Source: the human T2T-CHM13v2.0 reference genome, Homo sapiens. Taken from it: a stretch of DNA of 64,000 nt. A program made the translations under genes and the position numbers. The stretch lies in NCBI RefSeq assembly GCF_009914755.1, contig NC_060935.1. One strand, 5' to 3'. Of this stretch, positions 14,490-28,970 are shown one piece after another. The notes under the pieces were generated by a model, which was not told the DNA's origin, did no database searches, and saw only the letters and a program-made list of their open reading frames with translations. Numbering within the stretch: position 1 is the first letter of the stretch; each line of letters starts with the position of its first letter.

Positions 14490-15170
14490 GTATCTTTTAG
14501 CTTTTGTTGTGTAACAAACCATGTCATAACTTACTAGTTTGAAACAAAGGCCAGTAAACTATGGCAACATTATTTTTACTGGAACTATAAATCATGTTTA
14601 AATAAAGTTTTTTCGGCATACAGTCATATCCATACATTAATCTATTGTTTATGACTGTTTTCTTGCTACAGTTACAAAGCTGAATGCTTGAGACAGAGAT
14701 CATATGATTCACAAAGTCAAAAATATTGTTATATGGCACTTTCCAGAAGCCTAGATTAAAAAAAAAAGTAAACACATCTTTGTTATTTCTCACAGTTCTT
14801 TGGGTTAGTTGAATGTTTCTTTGGTCTGAGTCAGCTCATCTAGGGCTGCATAGACAAAGATAGTCCCCTGTATAGTGCTTAGCAGTAGACACAATGGCTG
14901 TTCCTAGAAAGACTTCAGTCAGGGAGGATGGTCTCTGCTCTGTGTGGTATCATCCTCTAATAGAAACATCTTGTTTTTTTCCTATGCAACAACCTCATGG
15001 CTCCAAACAGCAGAGATGTCCCAATGTACAAGCATATTTCAAGCCTCATCCCATTTAGTAACACCCATTAACCAACGCGCAATGGCTTACAAGGCACAGA
15101 ATGAGCACTCTGATAAGCCGCAGTCAGACTCCATGGAGAACGGGAATACATGATCTTTCATGAGTCAACA
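14490..15170. mobile_element. Old MLT1 (G/H-like) MaLR LTR, split by MER58A
   Basis: 'tagcttttgttgtgtaacaaacca...' resumes after the insertion as 'ttatttctcacagttctttgggttag', later 'ccaatgtacaagcatatttcaagcctc'. Confidence 0.6.
14545..14750 (+). mobile_element. MER58A hAT-Charlie DNA transposon
   Basis: 'aaataaagttttttcggcatacagtcat...gacagagatcatatgattcacaaagtcaaaaatattgttatatggcactttccaga' matches the recalled MER58A consensus. Confidence 0.8.
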
Positions 15171-17379
15171 GTAGCTCTTGTGGTCTGAGAGCAGTTCTAG
15201 TCATTCAACAGCACAGCTTATTCCCTTCTCAAGAAAACGTTACCTCTTTGACTTAGCCTGCCATTTAGTGATTCTTTTCTACTCATTTGTGTTTTCTGCT
15301 CAGCTTTTGCCATTTTTTTCCCTTTTTCTCTCATGACTCATATTTACCCGTGTTTTTTGATCCCTTGTAACTTGTACTGCTTTTATTTTTAAAACTCTCC
15401 ATTTTTATTTTTAACTCTATTTTATATATTCTCTGGAAATCACACTTCAACCTTCTTAAGAGGGTTTAAGATTTAGTTAGCCAGATGCAGTTTGGTTAAG
15501 AGTTTTTTTTTTTTTTTTTTTTTTGTCAGAGTTCTTACATAAGGACACTTCATAGCTACCAGTCGGACTCTAGATTGCTACCCTGGGCCAGATAATGGAA
15601 TCCTATAGTTAAAAAAGTTAAAGAAAAAACAAAAGACAACAAAACACCCTGCCTCCACAAAAAATTACCTATTAATCTTTTTAGGAGTAATGTCTCAGAA
15701 AGATCTTGTTCTATAAATGAGCAATTTCCAACAAATATGTCATAAATACCTTTTAAGTGTGCAAGATATTGAAACCCCCAGGCTGGAGTGCACCAAGGCA
15801 GGCCCTGGGAAAATTAGAATTCTTGGTTGGTTGTCTCTGTCCCACTGACAGTTTCTCCATTCACCCTAATGAGTTTACAAGTATTGTCATATTTATATGT
15901 GCTATTTCATGAAAAATAATAGCAAACACAGACTTTGTGCTTTCCTCTGCTTTCTCTGCTCAACTGGGATATCCAAAGCTGCATAGCTTTCAGGAACAGA
16001 TTCTTTAATGTATAGTTTCCACAACAGTTTTTTTTTTTTCCTTTTGACTTTTTGTAGCATTTCTAATATTTACCATCCCATTTAAATCTTATTTTTTTTG
16101 GTTAAGTTTCTCCATTGTCTCACTGAATTATATATGTCATTGCTACATCTCAATCAAAATATTTTATTTCTCCAAGGGAAATGCAAGTATGGAGAAACCA
16201 AGAACATTTATCCTACTTCTTTTTGTCTTTGTCATGGCACTTATTATAGTATTGGGCACAGGGTAAATATTTACTGTTTTTTTAAATGATAGAATTAAGC
16301 TTGAAAAAGGATGGCATACTACACATTTTGCAGATAATAAGGAACTTTCTGTAAAGACATTATATACTGGCATTAGTAATTTGACTAACTGCAGTCTGAA
16401 AAATTGTAAGTCATATAAGAAAATGAATAAATGTCTAAAAGGAAACAAACAAGAACTTCTACATGTCTTCATTCTAGGACTCAGTGGCTATCAAATCTCA
16501 TAGCACTTCTTGGATTTTAGTTTAAGAAGGTGGCACCCAATCACAAAATTATTCTAGTAGCATATTTCTTCACATGATTAGTTCTTAGGTTGATTTTTAC
16601 TTCATTATGGAAAGACTTGTTTAGAGGTGACACTATGACATGGAAGGCATTGCATCTAATCACAATCAAATTAACATTGGATCATTTACTGCTGATAATC
16701 TCACTTTGGCAACCGTTATCAATCAAGTTTCTCTGAGGTTTGTTCATGCTTTAACAATTCATATTTCACGGTTGTGATTTTATGGCTATGAAATGTAATT
16801 CCCAAATGCCCAGACTACATGATCTTGAAACTAAGTAGGATATGAAAAATCACTCAATTCTGTGGCTAGAGCTACAATATTTAGTATGAAAAAAATTATG
16901 TATGTAGGCTGATTTTGAAACATGAAGAAGACAAAGGAAGTCTCTACCCTCAGGAGTCTGACTTGAAGTTAGGCAGACACTATAAATATATATTTTTTTT
17001 TTTTTACACTGAGCAAGTACTTGGTAGGAGAAAAACAATTGGTACAGAAGCCAAGATCATTGTAGGAAATGTCAGAACACTTAAATCTTTTACTTCTCTG
17101 TTCTTGTGTGTCCCAGCGTGGAAGCCTTGTGAAAACCCCAGGACAGATGTTTTCTCTTCTCTATACTCTGAAATAGCATGGCTGGTGTGATGATGTAACT
17201 CTTCTATGATAGGAATTCTTAACTTAGGCCCACAGACAGGTTCAATATATCAAAGAAATCCACAGAGTTATTTACATAATTTTGTCTGTAGGGGAAATTA
17301 TGTATTTTTACTGAGAAAAATTTCATATATTACACAGAAGTCTCTGAATTAAAGCAGATTAAAAACAACACTTTATGTA

Positions 17380-18032
17380 AGTACTATCCAATGTGAATAT
17401 AATGTGAGTTACAAATGTAAACCACATATTTAATTATACATTTTCTAGTTGCTATGCTATAAAAGTGAAAAGACTGGTAAAATTCATTTCAATAGTTATT
17501 TAATTTACCCCAATATGTCCAAAACATAGTTTTCAATGTATGTCATCCATCACTTAATGACAGGGATACGTTCTGAGAAATGCATTGTTAAGTAATTTCA
17601 TGATTGTGCAAACATCAGAGAGTGTACTTACACAAACCTAGATGGGATAGCTTACCCTACACCTAGGGTATATGGTATAGCCTATTGCTACAAATCTATA
17701 CAGCATGTTACTGTACTGAATACTATAGGCAGTTGTACCACAATGATAAATACTTGCGTATCTAAACATCTAAACATAGAAAAGGCACAGTAAAATTACC
17801 TTATTATAATTTTATGAAGCTACCGTTATACATGCAATCAGTTGTTGACCAACAGTTTGTAATGTGGCTCATGATGGTATATTCAATATGAAGTCATTAA
17901 CAAGGTTTTTTTTAATAAGTTTTCAGATTTACTGTATATATTACACTCATAGCAAATCTCAATTGGGAGGAGTCAAATGTCAGATGCTCATTAGCCACAC
18001 CTGCCTATTGGCTGCAGTAATGGACAGTGCAG
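17380..18032 (+). mobile_element. MER33 hAT-Charlie transposon, split by Tigger3a
   Basis: Left part 'gtactatccaatgtgaatataatgtgag...cattttctagt'; right part 'acactcatagcaaatctcaattgg...tgctcattagccacac...atggacagtgcag'. Confidence 0.85.
17541..17877 (+). mobile_element. Tigger3a (MER7A) non-autonomous TcMar element
   Basis: 'acttaatgacagggatacgttctgagaaatgc...gagtgtacttacacaaacctagatgg...tctaaacatagaaaagg'. Flanked by TA at 17539-40 and 17878-79. Confidence 0.9.
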
Positions 18033-19699
18033 CTCCAGCGTCTCCCTTTTGTTTTATCTTTCTACCATGATATGGTTTCATGATTTTTATCTCATCCACT
18101 GGCTTTCAGCATGTCCTGATGTCTTACTATCTCTCTCTTTCCCTCCCTCCCTCCTTCTTTTCTTCTCCTTCTCCCCTTTCCTGTCTCCCTTCTGGTTAAG
18201 GCCTCTGTCCTAAACATCCATTAATTCAGTAAATACTTTTAAGAACTATATTCAAGATGAGGTCAGAGAGATCAGTTATTTATAACATAAGTTGAATTAC
18301 TGCTCTCAGAATCCATTATGAAGTCAAAGTCCTATGTGTAGGATTTCAGTGCATTCATAAAGGAAGGAAGGTTTAGAGGTTGCACAGGTCCATGAAGAAA
18401 TCAGCCTATGCTTTTACCCAAAATGTTCCCTCTGCACACATATTCTTTGTTGTAAATAATTTCTATGTAACATACATGTTGCTAAAACACTTTGCAAAAG
18501 TAAATTTACCTTCTCATGTATAATTTGTAATATTTTTGTACATTATCCTATGAAATGGAACTGTTATGAAAAGCAAGTGGACATTGACACAAACAATACT
18601 AACTCTCTCTCACCTCTCTCTCTTTCCAAATAAATTATTCCCATTACTTAGTCTTTTAATCATATCTCTAACTTTTGAAGTCTTTTGTGATTTTGAGCTT
18701 CTCTCACCAAGTAACCTTTTTATATCACTTATTGTTAAAAACCCCATCAATAGCCCATGTTCTAACATGCCTTCTGCTAATTCACTCAATCGGCAAACAT
18801 TTATTTAGTGTTTAGTATATTTCAAATATTGTGATAGGTTTTAAATAGACAGATGATAATTACATTAGTGAGATGCTTATTTTATTTGTCCTAGTGCAGA
18901 TACTCATGAACTCATACTTTATGCCCCACTGAGTGTGGCTTAACTGAATTTTCAGTATATCTGATAACAAAAAAAAGAAAAAAAATTAAAAATGTATTTA
19001 AAAAGCCAGAGACTCCAGTGAGAACGTAATAATGTCTATCTCTGACATTTTGGGGTAATTAGTTTAGTTTCTAATATGCCCAAATCTCTTACCAGAGACC
19101 ATTAAGTTCTGGTCTTTGGCCAGAGATTTGAGCATTGCAGAAACTATACTACATACTTAAATAAAAAATGTCAAACTATATATATAAATAAAAATTCCAA
19201 ACTATATAAATAAAAATCCATGAATGATTATTTGTGTAATGATCATTACACTTAATCAGCCTAAGGTACAAAACAAGGTCACATATCTTTTACTATTTCA
19301 CTTAAAATGTTGGAACTTTGATTTTCCTATTTTAAAACTCTTCTGCTTTACACACCAGCTTCTTCTCTTCTGTGATAATTTTACAAAACACTCACAATAT
19401 TTTATTATATTGAATAGATAATTTCTAGTCATTCTTAGCTGGTTGTTGAATCAGAAATTACTTTCACAACTTCAGGCTTTGAGAAGGCCCAACTCTTCAA
19501 AGTGGTTACTTCAGAACAGTTTGTTGCACCAAGACAGAGATTCGTTGTTACACTTGACAGCCTAGATGTTCAAACTATTTAACTATTATAACAAAAATGT
19601 TACAATCTGTTATTCTAGGCAATGTAATTGAGACTGTTTCCTTCAACCTTGTAACTAGTATGATTCCAAATGATTTCATCCATTTAAAAAATACATTGG

Positions 19700-20630
19700 A
19701 ACTTCTACTTCTGGGCAAGATTGAGCAATAAGGATGAATGTATGTTACAGCTTGAAAAAACCAAAACATGATACAATGGCTAACAAGGCACTGGTTGCTT
19801 GAAAACAAAAAAAAAAGTAATCTCTGAAAGATGAGAAACAAATAAATCCTAAAAATTCTTCCAATTCAGTGCGGTGAATTTCTAGGCAGCAGCACAGGGA
19901 GATAGCATTCAGTTGGAGACCTTTGAATTCCCGTGTTGTGGAGACAAAACTAAGAGTTGAGGAATAAGAAGGTGACTAGAGTTACCAGGGCAGAGAAAGG
20001 AATGCTACAAAGAGCGAGAACTCTAGAGATCAACAGAGGAGTCTCCTCAAATATTCAGCTGAGTGTTGACAAGCTCATGCATGCACAGTAACTGTATCAG
20101 GCCTGAGAAGGAACCACGTCAGACTCTATTATTAGAGGAAATAGTGACTAGTGCTTAAACAGGTGCTGGGACAAGTGCCTGTTCCAAAGAGAATCGAGAA
20201 ATTCATGAGGCATTAGGTAGAGAACACAGAAGGTTCTTGCCTTAGAAGGATAATTTAACACTATGCTAAATGCTACACTGTTCTTGATTTATAAAAATTA
20301 GCAAGACATATAAGAAACACACTCTATCTAATTGACTTAAGTGAGTACCAAAATGAAACTTTTGACTGTTTTTTAAAAAGAATATTAAAAATCTGTCCCC
20401 TAAAGTACAAAATCCTTAATGTTTAGTATTTATTATTATTTTGCAAGCTGAAAAGCAAGAAAATGAAAACAATATTCAGGAGAACATTTAGACAAAACCA
20501 ATTCACGACTGACACAGATGTTAAAGGATGAGGATATTATCATAGTTATAACTATGACAGGGTAGATACCAAAAAATATACAAATCAAATTCCAGAGGTA
20601 AAGACTAAAAATTTTGTAGTGAAAAATACA
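19700..20630 (+). mobile_element. Ancient L1M 5' region and ORF1 start (left half of the host element)
   Basis: 'acttctacttctgggcaagattgagc...' to 'caaatcaaattccagagg...gtgaaaaataca'. ORF1-like sequence continues at 27585. Confidence 0.6.
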
Positions 20631-21359
20631 GGTTTTTTTTTTTTTTTTCCCCAAGATGGCAGATTAGAGGCTTTTAGTGTGCCTCAGCTACTTGGAAATA
20701 GCAAAATAGTGCATAAAAATCTACTCTCTGAGCTTTAATTCAAGAAGACAAACAGGAAACCACTGCAATTGTGAAAGACATCCCAGATCCTGGGAAAAAG
20801 GTGGGCAAACTGTCGCAGTGATGGTGTCTGGCTGATAAAAATGAGTTAAGCCTCAGTTGGTGAGATTGGCAGAAAGCTTACCTCTGTGACTTGCTTTTGC
20901 ACTGGGAATCTGAGCAACCCAGGACATGGGAGAGCACTTTATTTCTCCAAAGCCCTGGAGCTATCCTGGGGAAAAGGTTGGAGACACTGAGAGAGAGAGA
21001 GACACTGGGAAAAGTTGCAGGCATCTTCCAAGACCCGGGACCAAGAGCAGGATACCATTTTTAATTCAGATGCATAAAATGTCAGTCACTCTTTAGTAAC
21101 CCATCAGTGTGGCCTCACAGGTATTTTAATCTCGAACCAGAGATTGGAGTGCTTGCTCTCGAGTGGGACGGGGGCCTCCACAGATAGAACTGTGGGAAGT
21201 TCCTCAGCAGTAGGTGCTGGATTTATGCCCTCCCCCATCACAAGCCTGGGGCTAGAGAAGAGCTGCTACTGCTGCAGTTTCTTCTAGCTGGTGACATGAA
21301 GCCAGGGCCAGCTTGGTGGCTTGTGTCACTGCTGGGTATCCCAGCCTTCACCCTTGAGA

Positions 21360-21760
21360 TCATGGTATGTTAAGGCCCTATCCATTCCATGCCCAGGCAA
21401 ATCTCCGGGCATTTGGAGCACCTGCTTATCTGGTATATCAGCAGACTCACCCACCCCTCCCTACCTGTGCATAGATCATCGTGCAGTGGGGCTTTCCCTG
21501 CTCTATCCCAGGCAGATCTCCAGGCATTTAGAGCACCCACTCACTTGAAACAGCAGCCTGAGCCACTCTACCCTTCCTGTACAGAGATTGTGATGAAGCA
21601 AAGCCTTCTACACTTCACACCTAGGTAGATCTTCAGGCATCTGGAGAACTCACTCTCCTGGGTTCGGTGTTTAGATGACACCCATACTCATGTAGAAAAC
21701 TTGGAGCCAAGGAGGTTTCTTAGTGCCACACCTAGGCATATGTCTGGGCACTTTGTGGCT
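21360..21760 (+). repeat. ~113-bp degenerate tandem units in the L1 5' UTR (3 clear copies plus 1 partial)
   Basis: Core 'cc(c/t)aggcagatctccaggcatttggagcacc' recurs at 21392, 21507, 21620 and 21731. Confidence 0.8.
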
Positions 21761-22197
21761 GGCACTGGATTCTCCCCGGTGTTGGCGCTTGTGCCTGCCA
21801 TTGGGGGACCTGTAGGTGGGCCTGCCCAGAGAAGCCCCACCCAACTTGGCTCCCTCTCCTGAGGTTGAGCATGGAGCTCAGCCCACTGTGCAACCCGTGG
21901 ATTAGCCCATTGCCTTAGGCAATGAGAGCTTCTCCTAGTAAACAAGGATTAAGTATATACTTAGCCATGTTGGCCACAGCTAGCTGTTACTCATTAACAT
22001 CATCTATGAACTTGTTAGTTGAACAGCAAAGTCCAATAAAAAGCCTGCTGACAGAAATGCATAGGGCTATAGAAGCAAAATCCAAAGACCCTGTCCAGCA
22101 TTCTCTATAATCACACCCTCTGTTGGTGGTGGGGTGTGGAGGGAAAGGGGAGGAAAGTAAAAGAGAAAATGATAATAATACAGAAAAAGAAAGAAAC

Positions 22198-22493
<296 letters not shown>

Positions 22494-25400
22494 CAAAAAA
22501 GAAAAGAAAAAATTTTATCTGCTCCAAAATAATTACAAAAATTAGAAGTGTTAGCATCTCCCAATGAAAGGAACCAGTGCAAGAATTCTGGCACCATGAA
22601 AAACATAAATGTAGTGACACCACTAAAGGATTTCATGAGCTGTCCAACAATGATCCCTAATAAAAATGGAAACTTAGAAGTGACAAATAAGGAATTCAGT
22701 GCATGGATTGCAAGGAAGATCAATGAGTTAAGGCAAGGTTGAAAACCAACACACAGAAATTCAAAAGCAATCCAGAAAAAGAAGGAAGAGATATACATAT
22801 TAAAAAGAAATCAGAGCTTCTGGAATTAAAAGACTCACTTAAAGAATTTTAAAATACAGTCAAAAGCTTTATCAATATACTAGATCAAATAGAAGAAAGA
22901 ATTTCAGAGCTTGAAGACCAGTCTTTTGAAGTAATCCAGTGAGACAAAAATAAAGAAAAAAGGTTTTTTAAAATAAATATTCTTCACGAAATATGGGATT
23001 ATGTAAAGTGACCAAAGCTACATATAACAGGCATTCCTGAGCAAGAAGGAAAAATGTAAACAACCTGGAAAACATACTTGAGAGAATAATTCAGAAAATG
23101 TCCCTAATCTTAGAAAGGTAGACATGGAGCTAAAAGAAATTCAGGGAACACTTGAAAGATACTTTATAAAATTAACATCACCAAGAGAGTTAGTTACCAA
23201 GCTTTTCAAGATCAATGCTAAAGAAAAATTCTTAAAGGCAATTAGAGAAATAAAAGTCAGATCTTCTCGTTAGAAACCTTACAAGCCAGGAGAGATTGGA
23301 GGCCTGTTCAGCACTCTGAAAGAAAAAAAATCCAACTGAACTTTATATCCTGCCAAAGTAAGCATCATAAGTGGAGAAAAAAAAATTTAAATAAGTAAGC
23401 ACTACGGGAATTTGTTAAAACTAGACCAACCTTACAAGAGCTTCTTAAGGGAGTTCTTAGCATGGAAACAAAAGAAAAATATCTGCTACCACAAAAGCAC
23501 ACTTAAGTTTACAACCCATAGACCCCATAAAGCAACCACACAATAGAAACTATAAAGCAATCTCTTAAAAGCTTCAAGACAGAATTAAAACCTCACATAA
23601 CAATATTCACCATTAATGAAAATGTTCTAAATGCCCCACTTAAAAGGCACAGAGTGGAAAATTGGATAGAAATAAGAACCATCCATCTGCTGTCTTCAGG
23701 AGAACCATCTGACATGTAATGACACCTGTAGGCTCAAAGTAAAGGGTTGGAGAAAGACCTATCACACAAATGAAAGACAAAAAAGAGCAGAGGGTCCTAT
23801 TCTTATATCGGATAAAACAGACTATAAACCAACAGCAGTAAAAAGGGACAAAGGAGAGCATTACATAATGATAAACGGTTTAATTCAACAGGAAGACTTG
23901 ATTATCTTAAATATATGGAAACCCAACACTGGAGCACACAGATTCATAAAACAAGTACTTCTTGACCTGTGAAAAGACAGACAGCCATACAATAATAGTG
24001 GGGGATGTCAACACCCCACTGACAGCATTAGACATATTATTAAGGCAGAAAACTAACAAAGAAACTCTTGACTTAAATTCAACCCTTGACAAATTAGACA
24101 TAATAGATATCTACAGAATACTCCACCCATCGGTCACATAATATACATTCTTCTCATCTACACGTAAAGCATACCCTAAGATCAAGCACATGCTCAGTTG
24201 TAAAACAAGTTTCAATAAGTTCCAAAAAATTGAAATCGTACCAAACATACTCTCATATTATTACAGTGGAATAAAAATAGGAATAAAAATTGAGAAGATC
24301 TTTCCAAACCACAGAATTATATGGAAATTAAGCAACTTGCTTCTGAGTGACTTTTGGGTAAAAAATGAAATTAGGGCAGAAATCAAAACATCATTTGAAA
24401 TTAATGAAAATAGAGATACAATATATCAAAATCTCTGGGACACAGCTAAAACAGGAATGTTTACAGTGTTAAAGCCTACATCAAAGTGTTAGAAAGATCT
24501 TTTAGTAACAATGTACTATCACACCTATAGGAACTAGAAATACAAAAACAAACTAACACCAAAGCTAGCAGAAAAATATTAATAACTAAAATCAGAGCAG
24601 AACTAAATGAATTTGAGACTCCAAAATCCATACAAAAAAATCAACACAATCAAAAGTTGGTTTTTGAAAGGATAAACAAGATCAATAGACTGCTAGCCAG
24701 ATAACAAAGAAAACAGGATAAGATCCAAATAAGCACCATCAGAAACAACAAAGGTGACATTACAACCAATACCATAGAAATACAGAAGATCTTGAGAGAC
24801 TATTATGAATAACTCTCTGTAGACAAACCGGAAAATGTAGAGGAAATACATAAATTCTTGGAAACATACAACCTCCCAAGTTTGAATCAGGAGAATTTGA
24901 AACCCTGAACAGACAAATATCAAGTTCTGCAATTGAATTAACAATTTAAAAATCCCTACTGTCTGAAAAAAGCCTCCAACTACATGGATTTATAGCCAAA
25001 TTCTAACAGATATACAATGAAGATTGGTGTCATTCTACTAAAACTATTCCCAAAAATCAAGGAGAGGCTCCTTTCTAATTCATTCTACAAAGCCAGCATC
25101 ACCCTGATATCAAAACCTGGCAAAGACATGACACAAAAGAAAACTACAAGCCAATATTCCTAATGGCAATAGATACAAAAATCCTCAATAACATACTAGC
25201 AAACCAAATCCAGAAGCACATAAAAGTTGATTCACCAGGATCAAGTAGGCTTCATTCCTTGGATGCAACATTGGTTCAACAAACCAAAATCTATAAATGT
25301 AATTTACCACATAAACAACTAGAAACAAAAATCATATCATCTCAATAAATGTGAAAAATACTTTTGATAAAATCCAACTTCCTTTCATGATAAAACCCCT

Positions 25401-27584
25401 CAACAATCTAGGCATCAAGAAATATACCTTAAAATAATAAGAGCCATCTATGACAAACCCACAACAAACATCATACTGAAAGGGGAAAAGCTGGAGGCAT
25501 TCCCCTTAAAATCAGAAACAAGACAAGCATGCTTACTCTCACCACTCCTATTCAACATATTATTGGAAGTCCTAGCCAGAGCAATTAAGCAAGAGAAAGA
25601 AAAGGCACTAAAATAGGAAAAGAATTCAAATTTTCTCCCTTCACCAGTGATATAATTCTGAAGTATTTTTCAAAAGGCTCTTAGACCTGATAAAATACTA
25701 AAGTAAAGTTTCAGAATACGTTCAAGCTGAAAGCCACATCAAGAACATAATCCCATTTACAACAGCCACACACACAGAATAAAATACCTGGAAATATTTA
25801 TATACAAGGAGTTGAAAAGTCCCTACAGGGAGAGCTACAAAACACTGCTGACAAATAAATAATAGATGACACAAACAAATGGAAAAACATTCCATGCTTA
25901 GGGATTAGAAGAAGTGATATTGTTAAAATGGCCAAACTTCCCAAAGCAATGTAGAGATCCAACACTATTCCTATCATATTTCACAGAATTAGAAAAAAAA
26001 AAAACTATTCTAAAATTCACATGAAATCAGAAAGGAGCCTGAGTAGCTAAAGCAATCCTAAGAAAAAAAAAAAGGAAAAAAAAAAAGAACAACAACAACC
26101 ACAAAAAAACAAGGCCAGAGGCATAAAACTACCTGACTTCAAACTATACTTGAGGTTACAGAACCAAAGAAGCATGGTACTGGTACAAAGACAGGCACAT
26201 AGACAAATGGAACAGGTTAGGGAATCCAGAAGTAAAACCACACAACTACAGCCATCTGATCTTCAACAAAGCATATAAAAATAAGCAATGGGGGAAAGAC
26301 TTTGTATTCAGTAAGTGGTGCTGGGTAGTTGGCTAGCTATATGCAGAAGAATGAAACTGGACCTTTTCCTTGCACCACGTACAAAACATAAGATGGATTC
26401 AAGATTTAAGTATATGACCTCAAGCCACAAGAATTCTAGAAGAAAACCAAGGAAATACCATTTTGGACATTGGCCTTGAAAAATAATTTATCACTAAGTC
26501 CTCAAAAGTAATTGCAATTAAAACAAAAACTGACAAGTGGAACCTAATAGAACTAAATAGAGCTTCTGCACATCAAAAGAAAGTATCAACAGAGTAAACA
26601 GACAACCTACAGAATGAGAGAAAATATTTTCAAACAATACATCTGAAAAAGGTCTATTATCTATAATCTATAAGGAACTTAAAATATTCAACAAACAAAA
26701 AAGAAATAACCCCCTTAAAAGGTGGGCAAACAACATGAACAGACATATATCAAAAGAAGACATATAAGTGGCCAAAAAACATATGAAAAGAGGCTCGCCA
26801 TTATCAATCATCAGAAAAAGGTGAATCAAAACCACAATGAAATACTAACTCACATCAGTCAGAATGGCTATTAATAAAATGTCAGTAAATAATGGATCCT
26901 GGTGAGGCTGCAGAGAAAAGAGAACTCTTAAACACTCTTGTTGGGAATGTAAATTAGTTCAGCCACCGTGGAAAGCAGTTTGGTGACTTCTCAAAGAACT
27001 TAAAACAGAACTACCATTTGACCCAGCAATCCCATTACTTGGTATGTACTCAAAGGAAAAAAAATTGTTGTACTAAAAAGACACACACACACTAATATGT
27101 TCATCGCTGCAATATTCACAATAGAAAAGACATGGAATCAATGTAGGTGCACATTAGCCATGGATTGCATGAAGAAAATATGGTACATGGACACAATGGA
27201 GTACTATGCACCAATAGAAAGGAATGAAATCAGATCCTTCACAGCAACCTGGATATGGCTGGAGGCTGTTATCCTAAGCAAATTAAGGCAGGAGCAGAAA
27301 ACCAAATACCACATGTTCTCACTTAAGTTATTAAGGAGCACCAGGTACCTATGGACATAAAGATGATAACAATAGACACTGAGCATTAGTAAAGAAGGAA
27401 GAGGGGAATGGGGACAAGTGCTGCAAAACTACCTACTGGGTACTATGCTCATTACCTGGGTGATGGGATCATTCATACTTCAAACCTCAGTGTCACACAA
27501 TATACCTGTGTAACAAATCTTCACGTGTACTCCCTTAATCTAAAATAAAAGTTGAAATTATAAAAAGAGAAAGAGAAAAATAAA

Positions 27585-28165
27585 CTGATGAGAATTATAA
27601 GAATAGATATTTCAGAAATAAAATATTAGCAAGCTTAAAAACATAACAATGGAAATCACCCAATATGAAACACAGAAAGATAATTGAATTTTAAAAAAGA
27701 AAGAAAAGAGCATCAGTGAGAAGTATGCCAATTTCAAGTAGCCATGTGTATGTGTAATTTGGAGTGCTAGAAAAAAAAAAGGATACAAGGATACAGTGGA
27801 AGGGGAGGACAGTAAAATACTTCTAGAGATAATGGACAAAATTTTTCCAAGTTTAGTGAAAATTATAAACCAATACGTTTAAGAATTTCAATGAACCCCA
27901 ATTAATGAAAATACAAAATTATCATCTGGCTTACCATAATCATAGTGCTCAAAACAACAGATCAGGAAAAAGCCTTAGCAGCTAGAGGAAAAAAAATGTT
28001 ACATAAGGAGAGACAAAAATAAGATGACAGCAGTTTTCTTGCCAGAAACAATGCAATCAGAGAGACAGTAGAGTAGTTCCTTAAAACACTAAAGGAAACA
28101 GAAGAAAACCCAAACTGTTAATCTAGAATTTTTTACTCAGTGTAAATAGCTTCTAAAAACTAAGA
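27585..28165 (+). mobile_element. Ancient L1M ORF1 (right half of the host element)
   Basis: 'aaattttccaagtttagtgaaaattataaac', 'aagatgacagcagttttcttgccagaaacaatgcaa', 'ctgttaatctagaatt'. Confidence 0.7.
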
Positions 28166-28169
28166 AGAT

Positions 28170-28591
28170 ACAACTACCTTATTTTTTCCCTCTGCATACA
28201 TTGAGACATACATCAGGCAGTGGTATAATTTTTGGTTTAATAACGAAATATAACCTAGAAAACTAATGAGAATCAAATTCTATTATATTCACTCATTTTA
28301 AAACTATTTTCATTGTTTTAAATGAAAACAATGTTCCTGATGTTCCAAGATCCCTTTTTATATCATCTTCGTTTAGGGACCTTCATTTAGCCATCATTTT
28401 AAGGTAGATGCATTGGTGATGATATATCTTATTTTTCTTCATCTGAGAATGTGTTGATTTCCACTGAAAATACTTTTCTGGATATGAATTGAGGTTAACA
28501 GTGCTTGAAAAGTGTTGTGTCACATTGTAGGCTAAACTTGCTATTTTTTCACTACCTTAATTTGGCAGTTTAGATTATTGGTTTTACACAT

Positions 28592-28622
<31 letters not shown>

Positions 28623-28970
28623 CCAACATGGGCATTTAAAGCTATAAATTTCATTTTAAAACTTCTATAGCTGCTAACTCTAGAGCTTAATATATATACT
28701 GTGTTTTCTGTACCTTCTAATTGAAAATATCTTAGTATTTCCCCTGTGATTTTATTTTTTGTTTACAAGTTGTATAGACTTCTGAGGCTTAATTTCCATA
28801 TATTTTGGGATTTTCTAAATATCCCAGGGTTACTAATTATCAATCTATCACCATTGTGGTCAGAAAACACATTCTGTATTATCTTTATCATTTGGAATTT
28901 TTGATACATATTGTATCATGCAGTATATGGTCTATCTAGTGGTTGTTCTGAAGTATAATTGAAAGCAATG
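28170..28970 (-). mobile_element. Ancient L1M fragments, antisense (ORF1 end/inter-ORF and ORF2 endonuclease region)
   Basis: 'tttttcttcatctgagaatgtgttgatttc...ctggatatgaatt', 'gcatttaaagctataaattt', 'ccattgtggtcagaaaacac'. Confidence 0.6.

Noticed and set aside
21360-21760. CRISPR-like repeat-spacer pattern
   Set aside because: The context is a eukaryotic L1 5' UTR, the spacers are homologous to each other, the repeats are degenerate and there are no cas genes.
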